A DNA stretch of 64,000 nucleotides, from positions 5,408,001 to 5,472,000 of the forward strand of contig OZ252100.1 of the NCBI GenBank assembly GCA_965248435.1, given 5' to 3'. The notes under the pieces are model-generated. The model saw nothing but the letters and a program-made list of their open reading frames with translations. It was not told the origin of the DNA and did no database searches. Positions 62,701 to 64,000 of this stretch are shown piece by piece. Source of the DNA: Candidatus Latescibacterota bacterium. Lineage in GTDB: Bacteria; Latescibacterota; UBA2968; GCA-2709665. Every line of letters begins with the position of its first letter. Position 1 is the first letter of the stretch. Position numbers and translations under genes: made by a program.

Positions 62701-62927
62701 TGATTTTGTATAGCGATGGCATTACCGACACTCGGGACGAAGCGGGAAGTTTCTATGAAAATTGGAGACTGGAAGCGTTGATTAGAAAACACGTGAACAC
62801 GAAAGTCGAGGAGCTTGTCCAGCTGCTTCTGGATGATCTGACTCGGTTTAAGGGCGGCGCTCCTCAACTCGATGACCTGACAGTCCTGGCGCTGCGGGTT
62901 CCCTTTGAAGGAGGGGATGTGGGTTAA
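59772..62927 (+). CDS. Membrane PP2C/SpoIIE phosphatase with periplasmic beta-propeller and Y_Y_Y-like sensor
   Basis: Signal peptide; many DGL..N / DGS.W.GT repeats; HKFEVRA; TM; VGGDYF, ADVSGK, NAGHP, YSDGITD, DDLT. Confidence 0.92.
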   Translation: MHSASRCVSLICFLMALETALAAKPVETWTAFRTEDGLAHDLVSSVIQTTDGSFWFGTLGGGISKYNGRSWRTYTVEDGLPGNAIGDLFEAEDGSLWAALGGPASGSLGHRLAKLAGDRWEAVDLPKTLANANVGHIIGVGGGGICFATRREGILHYDGSDWNTITSKDGLASNNVRCMLRAKDGSVWAAYGLSRGLGFGFSRGRATLGFGAASPPDRFDPVLGRWTRSQQGGISRLDPKTGLWTADPALGQLREKSVVAMTQARDGSIWFGTLNAGALRYDGESWKTFTEADGLPSNRINDAVSASDGSVWFGTPAGAARYSPGNGQQGDAAWTVFSEEGGLPHNHVTSLFASLDGSVWAGTWGGVARFGTSGLVVHDNVETHGGDGRFVLALDVEGDLWTAGGSSIYRFEGTAWEESLRLSERNRGRIVDLRLSPDGALWAATSRALLVHRNGEWRVPPKWYEMPRGPILSICPTKDGGLWMGTRSGAYKFDGETWARLRLKVASPVFAIEEADDGSVWFGVQRGVVQVAAGVQRHFSESDGLPGGPVIDVLKSREGEVWISTLLEGVARFDGREWNPVPKGKGTIFNGVSRMFQAHDGSFWLASPVGGAVQTDGEIWTHYTTRQGLPGSSVWDVCEDAKGQVWFATSGGFGCYLGDRDPPETVLITPPGRFAPNQAVLIRFAGQDVWKQTPTEELRYAWRLDGGAWSFFNHEDWALLPDLNFGEHKFEVRAMDREFNMDSSPAVHSFVVLAPVWLRPWFILLSLVSLAAIGVSSGYAWVRHRHWRRAQVLLIDELESELERAHDLQMGLLPTGPIKNDRLEIAGGCAPANHVGGDYFSYFWLDESQNMLGFGVADVSGKAMDAAVRVMQLSGIFRHEFSQSRRSLVTMERLNWIMQEQLDEASFITCCLGKLDLRTGTLDLANAGHPFPYHFSAAAEELRALEMPSLPLAVKLPPGSAGGVTEKEVQLNPGDLVILYSDGITDTRDEAGSFYENWRLEALIRKHVNTKVEELVQLLLDDLTRFKGGAPQLDDLTVLALRVPFEGGDVG

Positions 62928-63318
62928 ACGCTTTATCCATGCGCATTTCGAGTCTAAGTGCGAGGCTCGGCGAAACGCGACTCCGTGTTTATGAACTCAG
63001 CCGCTTTGTATCTGAAAGGGGTTATTTTTTTTGGGTTTATACAAATTCTCGTGGTCGAGAGCAGAGCTTTTCTCTCCTCTCCGTTGGCTCTTTTTCGGAT
63101 GCGCGGCCTCGGTTCATAGCGTATATTGTGCGATACTTGAGGCGAAACCGAAGGGGCGGTCCTTTTCGATACCGAAAAGGAAGGCCCTATTTCATTGGTA
63201 AGGCGATTCACTCGCCCTTCTGACGGATTACGAATGCTCACGTCTCTTCCACGACCGACTACCGATGCTGCCGATCGGATCATTCCGCATTGGCGCCGAA
63301 GGCAGGCAGGCTGATCTA

Positions 63319-64000
63319 ATGGCTCGGTCAATTCTCCATCGCAGGCTAACGGGTCTCGTGGATATTCGCCAGGGTGAATTCGGCCGGCTGCTGCCCCTTG
63401 CGACGGTGAACGGGCTCGTTCTGGCATCGAGTTATATCTTGAAACCCATGCGAAATGCACTTTTCCTGGATCGTCTCGGGGTCGAGCAGCTCCCGTATGT
63501 ACTAATTCTTGTCGCGTTGGTCGGTGGGGTCACGGCCAGCGTCTATGCGCGATTCGCCGGCTCGCTGCAAGTCAATCGACTGGTCTATGGGACCTTTTTG
63601 GTAATGATATCCAATCTGCTCATTTTTCGTTTCCTACTTCCGATTGGCTCGGGCTGGCTATTCTATGTCTTTTACGTGTGGGTGAATCTATTTGGCCTGA
63701 TGGCCATCTCGCTGCTCTGGCTCCTTGCAAACGCCGCGTTTGATCCAAGAGAGGCGAGACGGCTGTTTGGATTCATACTGATCGGGGGAAATGCGGGGGC
63801 GATCTCCGGGGGACTCTTCACCCGCTGGGCCGTGGAGCGAATCGGGACCGAAAATCTCCTTTTCGTATGTGCGGTCTTGCTGGGGATCTGCGTGCTGCTC
63901 ATCCGACGGGTGAAACCTTCTGAGGTGCCGATCGGCAATGTTCTACGCCAGACACGGGGCGCGCTTGCCACCATTGTGCGCTCCGACCTCCTGCGGATTA
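63319..64000 (+). CDS. Npt1/Npt2 (TLC/MFS) nucleotide-transporter-like protein, partial
   Basis: Hand translation MARSILHRRLTGLVDIRQGE...YILKPMRNALFL..LGVEQLPY...FYVWVNLF...WLLANAAFDPREARRLFG; runs off the window, absent from the ORF track. Confidence 0.85.
   Translation, partial: MARSILHRRLTGLVDIRQGEFGRLLPLATVNGLVLASSYILKPMRNALFLDRLGVEQLPYVLILVALVGGVTASVYARFAGSLQVNRLVYGTFLVMISNLLIFRFLLPIGSGWLFYVFYVWVNLFGLMAISLLWLLANAAFDPREARRLFGFILIGGNAGAISGGLFTRWAVERIGTENLLFVCAVLLGICVLLIRRVKPSEVPIGNVLRQTRGALATIVRSDLLRI

Noticed and set aside
63202-63235. Fluoride-riboswitch-like GGCGA...TCGCC hairpin
   Set aside because: Lacks the GATGG loop and the downstream TGATGAC/TAATGAC pseudoknot strand.
62939-63460. 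ORFs 62939-63223 (+) and 62954-63460 (-)
   Set aside because: No SD, atypical composition, and the latter overlaps the Npt-like gene.

Overview
A chromosomal window from a diderm bacterium of moderately high GC. Gene content and ribosomal/RNAP sequences suggest an FCB-group candidate lineage such as Latescibacterota (inference, not tested). Left part (1-26.8 kb): a partial ParA/MinD-family ATPase with C-terminal membrane segments (absent from the ORF track), a methyltransferase, and an intact IS30 element with a 3-bp target duplication. The IS landed inside a structured leader that has a strong SD but no AUG. Next comes a 14-kb operon in which a moxR-DUF58-batABCDE cluster has a GldA/F/G-type ABC + DUF4340 module spliced into it. 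It is followed by a plant-like threonine synthase / cystathionine gamma-synthase pair separated by a SAM-II riboswitch coupled to a terminator, then an OM barrel/lipoprotein pair, an orphan histidine kinase and a TIM-barrel isomerase. Middle (26.9-56.5 kb): four tRNAs and a compact, uninterrupted rpmG-secE-nusG-rpl-rpoBC-str-S10-spc-alpha superoperon. It lacks adk/map/infA and tufB, has many GTG/TTG starts, and carries substitutions at normally conserved antibiotic-contact positions (RpoB D516Q/S522D, S12 G91S). Right end: GHL10 hydrolase, rlmD, greA, a beta-propeller SpoIIE phosphatase and a partial Npt/TLC-family transporter. All homology calls come from remembered motifs; no searches were run.
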